Of a stretch of DNA of 64,000 bases, positions 54,513-63,650 are shown piece after piece. Where the stretch lies: positions 28,774 to 92,773 of the forward strand of contig JALXFE010000400.1 in the NCBI GenBank assembly GCA_027069135.1, read 5' to 3'. Position 1 is the first letter of the stretch; every line of letters begins with the position of its first letter. The DNA comes from Thermoanaerobaculia bacterium. GTDB lineage: Bacteria; Acidobacteriota; Thermoanaerobaculia; Multivoradales; JAHZIX01. Position numbers and translations under genes: made by a program. The notes below the pieces were generated by a model. That model saw only the letters and a list, made by a program, of their open reading frames with translations, had not been told where the DNA came from and did not search any database.

Positions 54513-55972
54513 TCTACTACACGCTACTCGCGATCTTGGCCCTCTTCGGCCTGCATCGCTTGCATCTCGTCTTGCTCTACTTTCGAAACCGCCACCGCCA
54601 ACCGGAGCCTCCGGAGGTCCCAGGAGAATGGCCGGTGGTCACTGTTCAGCTGCCACTCTACAACGAGATGTACGTCGCCCAGCGGCTGATCGATGCCGTC
54701 TGCCGCTTCGACTACCCCCGAGATCGGCTGGAAATTCAGGTCCTGGACGACTCTACCGACGAAACCTCCGAGCTCGTAGCGGCCTCCGTCGCCGACTATC
54801 GGAAGCGGGGTTTCGACATCCACCATGTTCACCGTAAAGACCGCTCGGGCTACAAGGCGGGTGCCTTGGCAGCAGGCCTCGAAAAAGCCAAGGGAAGTTT
54901 GGTCGCGGTCTTCGATGCCGATTTCATTCCCCCACCGGATTTTCTCACGACGGCGGTACCGTACTTTCAGGAAGCTGAAATCGGCATGGTCCAGGCCTGC
55001 TGGGTGCACCTCAACCGCCGTTATTCCCTCCTCACCCGCGTTCAGGCAATCATGCTCGATGGTCACTTCCGCATCGAGCACTCTGCTCGTTTCTTGAGCG
55101 GCTGCTTCTTCAACTTCAACGGTACCGCCGGAGTCTGGCGTCGGCAGGCCATCGAAGGGGCCGGTGGTTGGAAAAACGATACCTTGACGGAAGACCTCGA
55201 CCTCTCCTACCGATCCCAACTGGCCGGCTGGAAATTCCTCTATCTGCCGGAGCTCGGAGCACCTTCGGAGCTACCGGTAGACATCCACGGCTTCAAGGCG
55301 CAACAGCACCGCTGGGCGAAGGGATCCATTCAGACCGGTCGGAAACTACTTCCCCGCCTCCTCCGCGCCAAACTACCCCTCAAGGTGAAGATGGAGGCGC
55401 TGGTACACCTGACCAACAACTTCAGCTATCCGCTGATGCTGGCCCTTTCCTTTCTTGTCTTCCCTGCCATGTACCTGCGGCAAGACCATCTTCGGTCCGT
55501 CCTCATCTGGGTAGATATTCCCCTCTTTGCGGCGGCGACGGGGTCCGTGCTTCTCTTCTACATTTCCAGTCAAATGACCCGAGGCGGGCGGTGGTGGAAA
55601 GAGATGGCCTTCCTACCGGCGTTGATGGGCCTGGGGATTGGCCTGTCCGCGAACAACGCCCGGGCGGTCATCGGCGGACTCTTCCATCGCGGAGGAGTAT
55701 TTCATCGCACGCCAAAATACAACATCGTCAAGAAGGGTCAGGCGTGGAATCGAAAGAAGTATCGAGCCGGTCGCAGTCTGTCGTTTCTGCTCGAAGGTTT
55801 TCTTGCCTGTTACCTCGCTCTTTGTCTAGGTCTGGCGGTCTATTTCAAGATGTGGCTCTCGCTGCCGTTTCTATACCTCTTTTTTCATGGATACGCTTAC
55901 ATGTTCCTTCTCTCGGCGCTCCCAGGCCGCACCGGCGGCTCCCTCGAGCTCAAGCCCGCTGATTCCCTCTGA
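54470..55972 (+). CDS. Family 2 glycosyltransferase, processive beta-glycan synthase (CslA/cellulose-synthase-like)
   Basis: GTG 54470 preceded by AGGAGG. DDSTDET, DAD, TED and QxxRW (QQHRWAKG) motifs. N-terminal TM segments and a C-terminal multi-TM domain. Confidence 0.8.
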   Translation: MTSLGLPLGSVILAIYYTLLAILALFGLHRLHLVLLYFRNRHRQPEPPEVPGEWPVVTVQLPLYNEMYVAQRLIDAVCRFDYPRDRLEIQVLDDSTDETSELVAASVADYRKRGFDIHHVHRKDRSGYKAGALAAGLEKAKGSLVAVFDADFIPPPDFLTTAVPYFQEAEIGMVQACWVHLNRRYSLLTRVQAIMLDGHFRIEHSARFLSGCFFNFNGTAGVWRRQAIEGAGGWKNDTLTEDLDLSYRSQLAGWKFLYLPELGAPSELPVDIHGFKAQQHRWAKGSIQTGRKLLPRLLRAKLPLKVKMEALVHLTNNFSYPLMLALSFLVFPAMYLRQDHLRSVLIWVDIPLFAAATGSVLLFYISSQMTRGGRWWKEMAFLPALMGLGIGLSANNARAVIGGLFHRGGVFHRTPKYNIVKKGQAWNRKKYRAGRSLSFLLEGFLACYLALCLGLAVYFKMWLSLPFLYLFFHGYAYMFLLSALPGRTGGSLELKPADSL

Positions 55973-56142
55973 CGCTTTCCGATAAGTTTTTCAATCCCAG
56001 AGTTGACTCCAGCGCTACTTTTCGTGCCGATTCCGTCAAGTTGGTAGAATAATTTGGCAACCATGTGTCGTAAATGCAAGACATTTATGGTTCACAAAAT
56101 TTTTGTTGCTCTGACGGATGGACCTCGCATACACTCCGCTGG
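55973..56142. promoter_or_regulatory. AT-rich intergenic region (candidate promoter region for the XRE regulator)
   Basis: Local GC is far below the window average, e.g. ttggtagaataatttggcaaccatgtgtcgtaaatgcaagacatttatggttcacaaaatttttgttg. Confidence 0.4.
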
Positions 56143-56565
56143 ATGCTGCACTTCTCGGCGATTGGGGAGGCGTTACGTTGGTTACGAAAAGAGCGTGATC
56201 TAAAGCAGGCGAAGGTCGCCGAGTCTGCTGGGATCACCTCGCCGATGCTGAGCGCTTATGAGACAGGTAAGCAACGCCCCAGCCTGGCAACCATCGACAA
56301 GATTCTCAAGGCTCTCGAGGCAGACGCCTGGGATCTTACCAAGGCGCTACTTTCTTTCGAGGAAGAAAACCCGGGCGTTACCAAGTCGAACAAAGCTGCT
56401 GCTGAGGCTCTGACCCGCGCAAACCTGGAGACCATCGCTGAGCTGGAAATTCAGCTGCGTAAGTTGGTCGAGGAATCTGCCGGCGACGCCACGGCCACGG
56501 AAAAATCCATCCTCTTTCGCGCCTCTTTCACCCTGCTGTGGCTTCTCCGGCACTTCAAGAGCTGA
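56143..56565 (+). CDS. XRE-family helix-turn-helix transcriptional regulator
   Basis: ALRWLRKERDLKQAKVAESAGITSPMLSAYETGKQRPSLATIDKILKAL is an HTH_3 motif. The ORF could extend upstream to 56074. Confidence 0.6.
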   Translation: MLHFSAIGEALRWLRKERDLKQAKVAESAGITSPMLSAYETGKQRPSLATIDKILKALEADAWDLTKALLSFEEENPGVTKSNKAAAEALTRANLETIAELEIQLRKLVEESAGDATATEKSILFRASFTLLWLLRHFKS

Positions 56566-56617
56566 AGAGGCTCTGATTCCGACGCGAGCGGGAACCGATC
56601 CGCAAGGTGCGGGAGGA

Positions 56618-57694
56618 TCAGGGAGAAGGGAAGGCCCCGGTCACGACGACAGACGTATCGTCGGTAACCGCGGCCGACATGAAGCGCACCAACTCCCGCC
56701 GGACACTCTTTTCCGGTTCGCTGCACGCGAGCCTCGTCTGGTCGTCCCCGGCAATAGAGCCACTGCGGTCGTTGCGGCCATGCCACGTTGCCCGGGATTG
56801 CCAGGAGTAGTCGAGGCAGGCCCCGTCGATGGCGAACGGGAGGAAGAACCACGTGCGGCATTGGGCGTCGATAGCGGCGATCCCTTCCTCTTCGAGAACC
56901 TGGTGGAGCGCATGGAGCATCTCCCTAGGTACCTGCGCCCGGGTATAGGCAAACCCGCCATCACTATCGAGAAAATGGTGCAGCAAAAAGCCATCTCGGA
57001 AGATGTAGACGTCTTCGTCGAAAGCATAGGGGCCACAGGTGGGATCGGATTGGAGATCGTTGCGAACGGAAAACAGAAGAGACCGTGAGTAGTGCTGGTC
57101 CGGATTCTTGGTGGTCGTCGGACCGGCAAGAACGCTGCGGGCAAATCCGAAACTCTCCTCGGCGATGCTCTGCATCTCGGCGGAGCAATCGCTCGAGAAA
57201 CGAGAATCCTCCGACTCACGATGTCCCAGCGCCAGATGACGGGAACGCCGGCCGGCCACGCCGAACCAGCTGAACCAGCTTCTGCGGCTCCGCAGGCCCG
57301 AAGGGCCGTTGAGAACCCGAGGAACCTCTGCCAGATTGCAGTCTCCGAGGCGAGTGTCGACGGCCTCTTCCACCAGAACCCTCTTGAGAGCCCCGATCTG
57401 ATCCGGAGACGCATCGGCACGAAAAATACGGACTTGCCGACCGACATTCCGTAGCAAGACGATCACGCCGTCCCGGAAGATCACGATCTCGTCGTCTACT
57501 CGGCGACCATCCTCCAACTGCAGGCTATCGAAGAGCCTCAGGAGGTAATCGCCGTGGACTTCGTTCCCCAGAGTAGGACCTTCGCCGGTGGCTCCGACGG
57601 GAACACAGCAGAATGCCCACACCACCAGAGCGAGAAAAACTCTGGCAGAATGCAAAGAATGCCTAGCTGTGCAGCCCGAAAAAATCATCGACAT
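56618..57694 (-). CDS. Secreted hypothetical protein with internal duplicated motif
   Basis: Signal-like N-terminus (ARVFLALVVWAFCCVPVGA). Repeated ...VIFRDGVIVLLRN... / ...YIFRDGFLLHHFLDSDGGF... segments. Confidence 0.5.
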   Translation of the reverse strand: MSMIFSGCTARHSLHSARVFLALVVWAFCCVPVGATGEGPTLGNEVHGDYLLRLFDSLQLEDGRRVDDEIVIFRDGVIVLLRNVGRQVRIFRADASPDQIGALKRVLVEEAVDTRLGDCNLAEVPRVLNGPSGLRSRRSWFSWFGVAGRRSRHLALGHRESEDSRFSSDCSAEMQSIAEESFGFARSVLAGPTTTKNPDQHYSRSLLFSVRNDLQSDPTCGPYAFDEDVYIFRDGFLLHHFLDSDGGFAYTRAQVPREMLHALHQVLEEEGIAAIDAQCRTWFFLPFAIDGACLDYSWQSRATWHGRNDRSGSIAGDDQTRLACSEPEKSVRRELVRFMSAAVTDDTSVVVTGAFPSP

Positions 57695-57727
57695 ATGCTA
57701 CAAAAACATTAGGTGGCCGTCAATCTC

Positions 57728-60061
57728 GTGAAACACGGTTTCATTCTGCAGGCCTACCATCGTCACTCGCAGGGCCTTCCCACCCTCTTCTTGACCGGCC
57801 GGCTCGAATCCGGTGCGACCTTTCTGGTTCGGGAAAATCGCCAACGGCCGTACTTCTATCTTCGGAGCGAGGATCGCAGCCTCGGCCTGGGTCTCGGCGC
57901 GAGCGACCTCTCCCCTTCCCGACGACGAACCCTGCGCAGCGCCGACCCGGTGCTGAGGGTGCATACGGCGACCCGGTTGGAGATGGACTCTCTTCGGACC
58001 CGCCTTCATGACGCCGGGGTCGAGACCTTCGAGGCCGATGTTTCCCTTCCTCGGCGGTATCTATTGGACCGCGAGATCCGTTCCGCCATCGAGATTCGGG
58101 GCCTGCCTCGGGAAGGCGGTGCCACCGAAGGGTATGACCTGGTCTTCGAGAATCCCACCCTGGCTCCCTGCTCCTGCGGGCTCGAGCCGTCCGTTCTTTC
58201 CCTCGATATCGAAACCGACCCTAAGGCCCGCAAGCTCCTTTCTGTAGCCCTCGTAGGGTGCGGCGTGTCCGAGGTTCTCCTCCTCACGCCGAAAGGCCTG
58301 GAGTGCCCCCCGGAGGCTGTGCCCTTTGTCACGGAAAGTGATCTTCTCGAGGGTTTCTGCCGGCGGGTTCTCGAATTGGATCCGGATATTCTCACCGGCT
58401 GGAACGTCGTCGACTTCGACTTCCGGGTTCTGGATCGCATCGCCCAGCGGTACGGCCGACGCCTTGGCCTCGGTCGAGGTGGCGGCCCCCTGACCCTGCG
58501 TCCGATTCGAGGTCAGGGCTCACGCCTGCAGACGTTTCTCCCGGGAAGGCTCGTCCTCGACGGTCTGCAGTTGCTCCGCGGAGCCTTCATCACTCTGGAG
58601 CGCCAATCCCTCGACGCCGTAGCCCGGCGTTTTCTGGGAGAGGGCAAGGTACCCCTCAGCCAAGAAGGGGAGAATCACGGGAGAGAAATCTATCGGCGCT
58701 TCTTGAAGGATCGCGAAACCTTCGTCGAATACAACCGAACGGATGCCCGATTGGTGATCGAGATCCTCGAGCACCTGGGCCTCATCGAGCTTGCCGTTCA
58801 GCGCAGCCAGCTCACCGGCCTACCCCTGGATCAGGTGTCTCGATCGATCGCCGCCTTCGATTTTCTCTATCTCTCGGCCCTACGGCGACGAAAGACCGTG
58901 GCCCCGAGCTTGCGGCGAGAGTCCGCCCCGTCCGCCACCGCTGGCGGCGGCTATGTCATGCAACCGACCCCCGGCCTTTTCGAGAATGTGCTGGTTCTCG
59001 ATTTCCAGAGCCTGTATCCCAGCATCATCCGCACCTTCCAGATCGACCCGGCCGGATGGGTGCCCCAACCGCTGCCGGATCAAGACTTGATCGTCGCCCC
59101 CAACGGCGCCGCTTTCCGCCGTGAGCCCGGCATCCTGCCGCAAATGCTGGAAGAGCTCTTTCCGCGACGGGCAGCGGCCAAGGCGGCTGGGGACGACATC
59201 GCCAGTCAGGCCATCAAGATCCTCATGAACTCCTTCTACGGTGTTCTCGGGGCTTCCGGCTGCCGCTTCCATGATCCGGCTCTGGCCAATGCCATCACCA
59301 GCTTCGGCCGCGAGATCCTTCTCTGGTCGAAGGCCCGTATCGAGGGATACGGATTTCCTGTTCTCTACGGCGACACCGACAGCCTCTTCGTTCAGCTGGA
59401 AGCCGACGCCTCCGCACCCATGGACGTTGGCCGAGGGTTGGTGGAGCGTCTCAACCGGGATCTCGCCACCCACATCGAGAACCGCTGGGGAGTCGCCAGT
59501 CGGCTCCTTCTGCAGCTCGAACGGCTGTTTCTTCGCCTCTTTCTATTGCCGCTACGGGGCGGGGCCGGAGGGGCCTGCAAACGATATGCGGGCCTGGTAG
59601 AAAAAGGCGGCAAGCCGGAGGTGGTCCTGGTGGGTCTGGAAGCTGTCCGCACGGATTGGACGGACCTCGCTCGCCGTGTCCAGCGGGAGCTCTATCGGCG
59701 GCTGTTCTTCGAAGAGCCGCTCGAGGAATACCTTCGGGGAATCGTCACCGAGCTGCGTCACGGGGAGTACGACGAAGCCCTCGTCTACCGCAAGGCCCTC
59801 CGCAAGCCTCTCGGGGCCTACACTGCTTCCTCGCCGCCCCACGTCGTGGCGGCTCGTCGTATGTCAGGAAAGCCCGGGCGCCGCATCGCTTATGTGATCA
59901 CACACCAGGGCCCCCAACCGGCTGCCGAAAACACTCTCCCCCTCGATCACGAGCATTACGTCGACCGCCAGATACAGCCGATCGCGGAACCGGTCCTGGC
60001 CCTATCCGGCCTGAGCTTTCGAAAGGTGATCGGAGACGACCGACAGCTAGAGCTCTTCTAG
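57728..60061 (+). CDS. polB: DNA polymerase II (family B DNA polymerase)
   Basis: N-terminus HGFILQAYHRH..., similar to E. coli Pol II (AGFILTRHWRD...). Exo I motif SLDIETD; pol motifs DFQSLYPSII, KILMNSFYGVLG, YGDTDSLFV. GTG 57728 preceded by AGGTGG (alternative GTG 57713). Confidence 0.9.
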   Translation: MKHGFILQAYHRHSQGLPTLFLTGRLESGATFLVRENRQRPYFYLRSEDRSLGLGLGASDLSPSRRRTLRSADPVLRVHTATRLEMDSLRTRLHDAGVETFEADVSLPRRYLLDREIRSAIEIRGLPREGGATEGYDLVFENPTLAPCSCGLEPSVLSLDIETDPKARKLLSVALVGCGVSEVLLLTPKGLECPPEAVPFVTESDLLEGFCRRVLELDPDILTGWNVVDFDFRVLDRIAQRYGRRLGLGRGGGPLTLRPIRGQGSRLQTFLPGRLVLDGLQLLRGAFITLERQSLDAVARRFLGEGKVPLSQEGENHGREIYRRFLKDRETFVEYNRTDARLVIEILEHLGLIELAVQRSQLTGLPLDQVSRSIAAFDFLYLSALRRRKTVAPSLRRESAPSATAGGGYVMQPTPGLFENVLVLDFQSLYPSIIRTFQIDPAGWVPQPLPDQDLIVAPNGAAFRREPGILPQMLEELFPRRAAAKAAGDDIASQAIKILMNSFYGVLGASGCRFHDPALANAITSFGREILLWSKARIEGYGFPVLYGDTDSLFVQLEADASAPMDVGRGLVERLNRDLATHIENRWGVASRLLLQLERLFLRLFLLPLRGGAGGACKRYAGLVEKGGKPEVVLVGLEAVRTDWTDLARRVQRELYRRLFFEEPLEEYLRGIVTELRHGEYDEALVYRKALRKPLGAYTASSPPHVVAARRMSGKPGRRIAYVITHQGPQPAAENTLPLDHEHYVDRQIQPIAEPVLALSGLSFRKVIGDDRQLELF

Positions 60062-60075
60062 CGACCGTAGCCCGG

Positions 60076-61044
60076 CTAGACCTGCGGATCATCCGGCACG
60101 ATCCAGGTACCGGTCTCGCCGTCCAAGGCATCGAGGAGAGAGTAGATATCGGTGATCAGAGCTCGCTTTCCTCCCTGCTCCACGTAGCGACAGGCGGCAT
60201 CGATTTTGGGGCCCATGGAACCGGCGGGGAAATGTCCGGCCCGGAGATAGGCCCGTGCCTGGGAAACGGTCATGCGATCGAGAAGAGTCTCTTCCGGTGT
60301 GCCATAGCCCAGGGCGACCTTCTGGACCCCCGTCAGGACGTAAAGCTCCTCGGCTCCGATCTCGGCAGCGAGGACCGCCGAGGCCAGATCCTTATCGACC
60401 ACACCGCCGGCGGCGGAGAGCTCACCGTTGGTCTCGCGCACCACGGGTACTCCTCCACCTCCGACACAGATCACCAGCGCGCCACTGTCTACCAGGCGAG
60501 CGATGAGATCCCCTTCGACGATGGTGAGCGGCTCCGGCGAGGGAACCACCCGGCGCCATCCCCGACCGGAATCCTTAGCCACCTCCCAGCCGTGCTCGTC
60601 CCGGCCCTTGGCCGCCTGCTCTCGGCTCATCACGGGTCCGACGTATTTGGTCGCCTCCTTTAGCGCCGGATCCTCCCGGTCCACCTCGACCAGGGTGATC
60701 AGACAGCACACGGAAAGGCTCAGACCCCGACGGCACAACATATTGCGCAGCACCTGCTCCATCATATAGCCAAGCCCCCCCTGGACATCCGCCACCATGA
60801 CCGAGAGGGGAAGATCCGGAGCCAAGCCCAAAGCCTGCTCCACCCGAATCATCTGATTGCCTACCTGGGGACCGTTGCCATGGGTCAGGGTGACCTGGTA
60901 GCCCCGCTCGAGGAGTGTTACGACACCGGCCAGACTCCGGTAGAGATTGGCGTAGTCCTGGTTGACGTTACCGTCTTCACCAGGGGCTGAAATGGCGTTG
61001 CCTCCGAGGGCTACCACCACCCTCGGCGCGGACCGATCTACCAT
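60076..61044 (-). CDS. arcC: Carbamate kinase
   Basis: VVALGGNAI..., HGNGPQVG, and C-terminal ...GGGGVPVV motifs. Confidence 0.85.
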   Translation of the reverse strand: MVDRSAPRVVVALGGNAISAPGEDGNVNQDYANLYRSLAGVVTLLERGYQVTLTHGNGPQVGNQMIRVEQALGLAPDLPLSVMVADVQGGLGYMMEQVLRNMLCRRGLSLSVCCLITLVEVDREDPALKEATKYVGPVMSREQAAKGRDEHGWEVAKDSGRGWRRVVPSPEPLTIVEGDLIARLVDSGALVICVGGGGVPVVRETNGELSAAGGVVDKDLASAVLAAEIGAEELYVLTGVQKVALGYGTPEETLLDRMTVSQARAYLRAGHFPAGSMGPKIDAACRYVEQGGKRALITDIYSLLDALDGETGTWIVPDDPQV

Positions 61045-61131
61045 GATGCACCTCCTGGGGCCGCCGGATGAGGGGAGGCTGCGGCTCTCGTAAAAGAAGG
61101 CCGGATTCTATGTCAGAGGGAGCCTCGGGGA

Positions 61132-62526
61132 CTAGCGGATTCCCCACCAGACAGCGATGGCCAAAGCGATCGAGCCGACCACCCAAACCTTGAGCATGAA
61201 GGGGAAGATGAACCGCAACCAGCGATCGTAGGGTATGAAAGCCATGGCCAGGATCCCCATGAGAACCGCGTTGGTCGGCACGAGAATGTTGGTGAATCCG
61301 TCTCCGAATTGGTAGGCCAGCACCGCTACCTGTCGCTCTACTCCGACCAAATCTGCCAGCGGAGCCATGATGGGCATGGTCACGTAGGCTTGGCCGCTCC
61401 CGGAGGGGATGAAAAAATTGCAGAGGCTCTGGAAAAAAAACATCCCCGAAGCGGAGACGGCAGGACCCACTGCACGCAAGGGCTGGGAGATGCCGTGGAC
61501 GATGGTGTCGATCACCTGACCCTTGGTCAAGACGACCTCGATCGCCCGAGCGAAGCCGATGAGCAATGCCGTCGTCGTCAACTCGCCGGCGCCGGTACTG
61601 AACTCCCGTGCAGCCTTGTCCGGGCTCATCCATGCGATCAGGCAGAACAGGATCGTCAAGGCGAGGAAAACCGCCCCCATCTCTTCGACATACCAATGCC
61701 AATCGCTCAGATCTTCGCTCAGGCCATAGATGATGACCCCCATGGCGAGGAGAGAGAGGCCAAGAATCAAGACATGGCGGAAAGTCATGCGGGGAGCTTC
61801 GACAGGCTTGAACGAGGCTGCCTGAGGAATATCCCCTACCAGGCTCTTCTTCGGATCTTTGCGCACCTTCTTGGCATAGCGCCAAACGTGGTGGATCCCG
61901 AGCACGACGAAGACGACCGTCAGGACGAGCCGGAACTCCCAACCGGAAGTCGGCTGCAGCGACGACACATTCTGTGCCACGACCACGGTAAAGGGGTTGA
62001 AGATCGCGACGCCGTATCCCACGCCATAGCCGACGCATAGGATGCCGATCGCCGTTACTGCATCGAACCCAAGCCCGAGGCTCAAGGCTAGAAGGATCGG
62101 TACGAAGGGGAGGTATTCCTCCGCCATACCGATGGTGCTCGACCCCAATGCGAAAAGGATAATCCCGCCCGCCACGAACCAAAGCGGTCGGCGGCCGAGA
62201 AAGCCCAACATCAGACCGATCAGGGCGTCGATAGCGCCGGTGGCTCGCAGGACTCCGAGAGCTCCACCGATCAAAAAGACGAAGAAAATAATTTCTTCGG
62301 CGGCCGCGAACCCCTCGGGAATTGCTGTAAAGACCGAGAGAGGGTTGAGCGGCTGCGCCTCTTCCAGATAGCTGAAACTATCCGGCTTGACTTGCAACCT
62401 ACCTTTTTCATTCTCGAAGCGTTCGAAGCTACCCTGGGGAACGACATAGGTCAGGGCCAGGGCTAGAAAAATCATCCCGACGATCAAGACCAGGGTATGG
62501 GGTACACGAAGCTTCGATTTCGACAT
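61132..62526 (-). CDS. YfcC/DcuC-like family transporter (putative basic amino acid antiporter)
   Basis: 464 aa, ~12 TM, YfcC-like composition. Adjacent to arcC, as in some arginine-deiminase loci. Confidence 0.65.
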   Translation of the reverse strand: MSKSKLRVPHTLVLIVGMIFLALALTYVVPQGSFERFENEKGRLQVKPDSFSYLEEAQPLNPLSVFTAIPEGFAAAEEIIFFVFLIGGALGVLRATGAIDALIGLMLGFLGRRPLWFVAGGIILFALGSSTIGMAEEYLPFVPILLALSLGLGFDAVTAIGILCVGYGVGYGVAIFNPFTVVVAQNVSSLQPTSGWEFRLVLTVVFVVLGIHHVWRYAKKVRKDPKKSLVGDIPQAASFKPVEAPRMTFRHVLILGLSLLAMGVIIYGLSEDLSDWHWYVEEMGAVFLALTILFCLIAWMSPDKAAREFSTGAGELTTTALLIGFARAIEVVLTKGQVIDTIVHGISQPLRAVGPAVSASGMFFFQSLCNFFIPSGSGQAYVTMPIMAPLADLVGVERQVAVLAYQFGDGFTNILVPTNAVLMGILAMAFIPYDRWLRFIFPFMLKVWVVGSIALAIAVWWGIR

Positions 62527-62582
62527 CAGCAGATCTCCTTAGCGAGCACTTCGCTCGGCTCTTTCGGCGGATTTCTCAAGGG

Positions 62583-63650
62583 TCACGGAATCTCTACCCA
62601 GGCGCCGGTGGCCAGGGACTCCTTTGTGGCATCCAAGACCCGCTGCACGGCCAGACCGTCCTCGAACCTCGCCGCCGGTTCGAGGGCGGCGGAGTCTCCC
62701 TCTTGAAGGGCTTGTCGCAAGGCGCCGCCGAGGTACATCGTGCCCCGGGCAAAAGGTTGGTTCGGAACACCGTGAGGCAAGGCCGTGGGAGGATCTACGG
62801 CGAGAGCTTCAGGCTCCGAGGAGCCCCGGCGAAATGCCGTCAGCTGGCCGTCCTGCCAGATCAGAGTGCCCTCCGAGCCGGAGATGACCAACCGATGCCT
62901 CTCCGGGCCGGCATAAACTGCGCTCAATTGCACCTGTGCCGGGATACCACCGGCAAAACGCAGCTGCAGGGCCGCGTAATCGTCGGCGGTCACCGGCCGG
63001 AGGTGGCCGGCCATGTCCAGACGCTCCACAAAGGCGGTCTTTTCCTGCGCCGACACCGCCTCCACCGGCCGCCCCAGCAGCCAGGTCAGGGAATCGACCA
63101 CATGACTCCCGAGGGCCCCCAACAAACCGCCGCCGAGCTCGCGATCCGACCACCAATTCCACAGCCCTTCCGGGTCGAGGCGGAAATCCGAGAGATACGT
63201 CCCTTCGGCATGGAGAACCTCCCCCAGGTAACCGTCTCGAACGGCTCGCTGAAAGGTCCGGCGACTGGGAAGGAATCGCAACTCGTGGTCGATCAGGCAG
63301 CGCAGATCGGGATGTCCGGCGGCGGCCTGGGCCATCTCTGTAGCCTCCTGGACGTTCATCGCCGTAGGCTTCTCGCACAGGACGTGCTTGCCGGCTTCGA
63401 GGGCTGCCAGAGTCATCTCCTTGTGCAGATGTGGCGGCGAGACCACGCTGACCAGATCCACCTCGGCTTCGTCCAGGAGCTGGCGCCAGTCGGTGCTGGC
63501 GTAGGGCACGCCGTGGCGCAGAGTCACTTCCCGTGCCGCCTCACCTCGATGGGCCCAGACCGCCGAGACCTCCAATCCCGCTGCCCGGAAACAAGGAAGC
63601 TGAACACGGGTTCCCCACCCGGTACCAAGAATAGCGATGCGAACGGTCAT
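62583..63650 (-). CDS. Gfo/Idh/MocA family oxidoreductase
   Basis: N-terminal Rossmann VRIAILGTGWG; EKP motif HVLCEKPTA; 355 aa. Confidence 0.8.
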   Translation of the reverse strand: MTVRIAILGTGWGTRVQLPCFRAAGLEVSAVWAHRGEAAREVTLRHGVPYASTDWRQLLDEAEVDLVSVVSPPHLHKEMTLAALEAGKHVLCEKPTAMNVQEATEMAQAAAGHPDLRCLIDHELRFLPSRRTFQRAVRDGYLGEVLHAEGTYLSDFRLDPEGLWNWWSDRELGGGLLGALGSHVVDSLTWLLGRPVEAVSAQEKTAFVERLDMAGHLRPVTADDYAALQLRFAGGIPAQVQLSAVYAGPERHRLVISGSEGTLIWQDGQLTAFRRGSSEPEALAVDPPTALPHGVPNQPFARGTMYLGGALRQALQEGDSAALEPAARFEDGLAVQRVLDATKESLATGAWVEIP

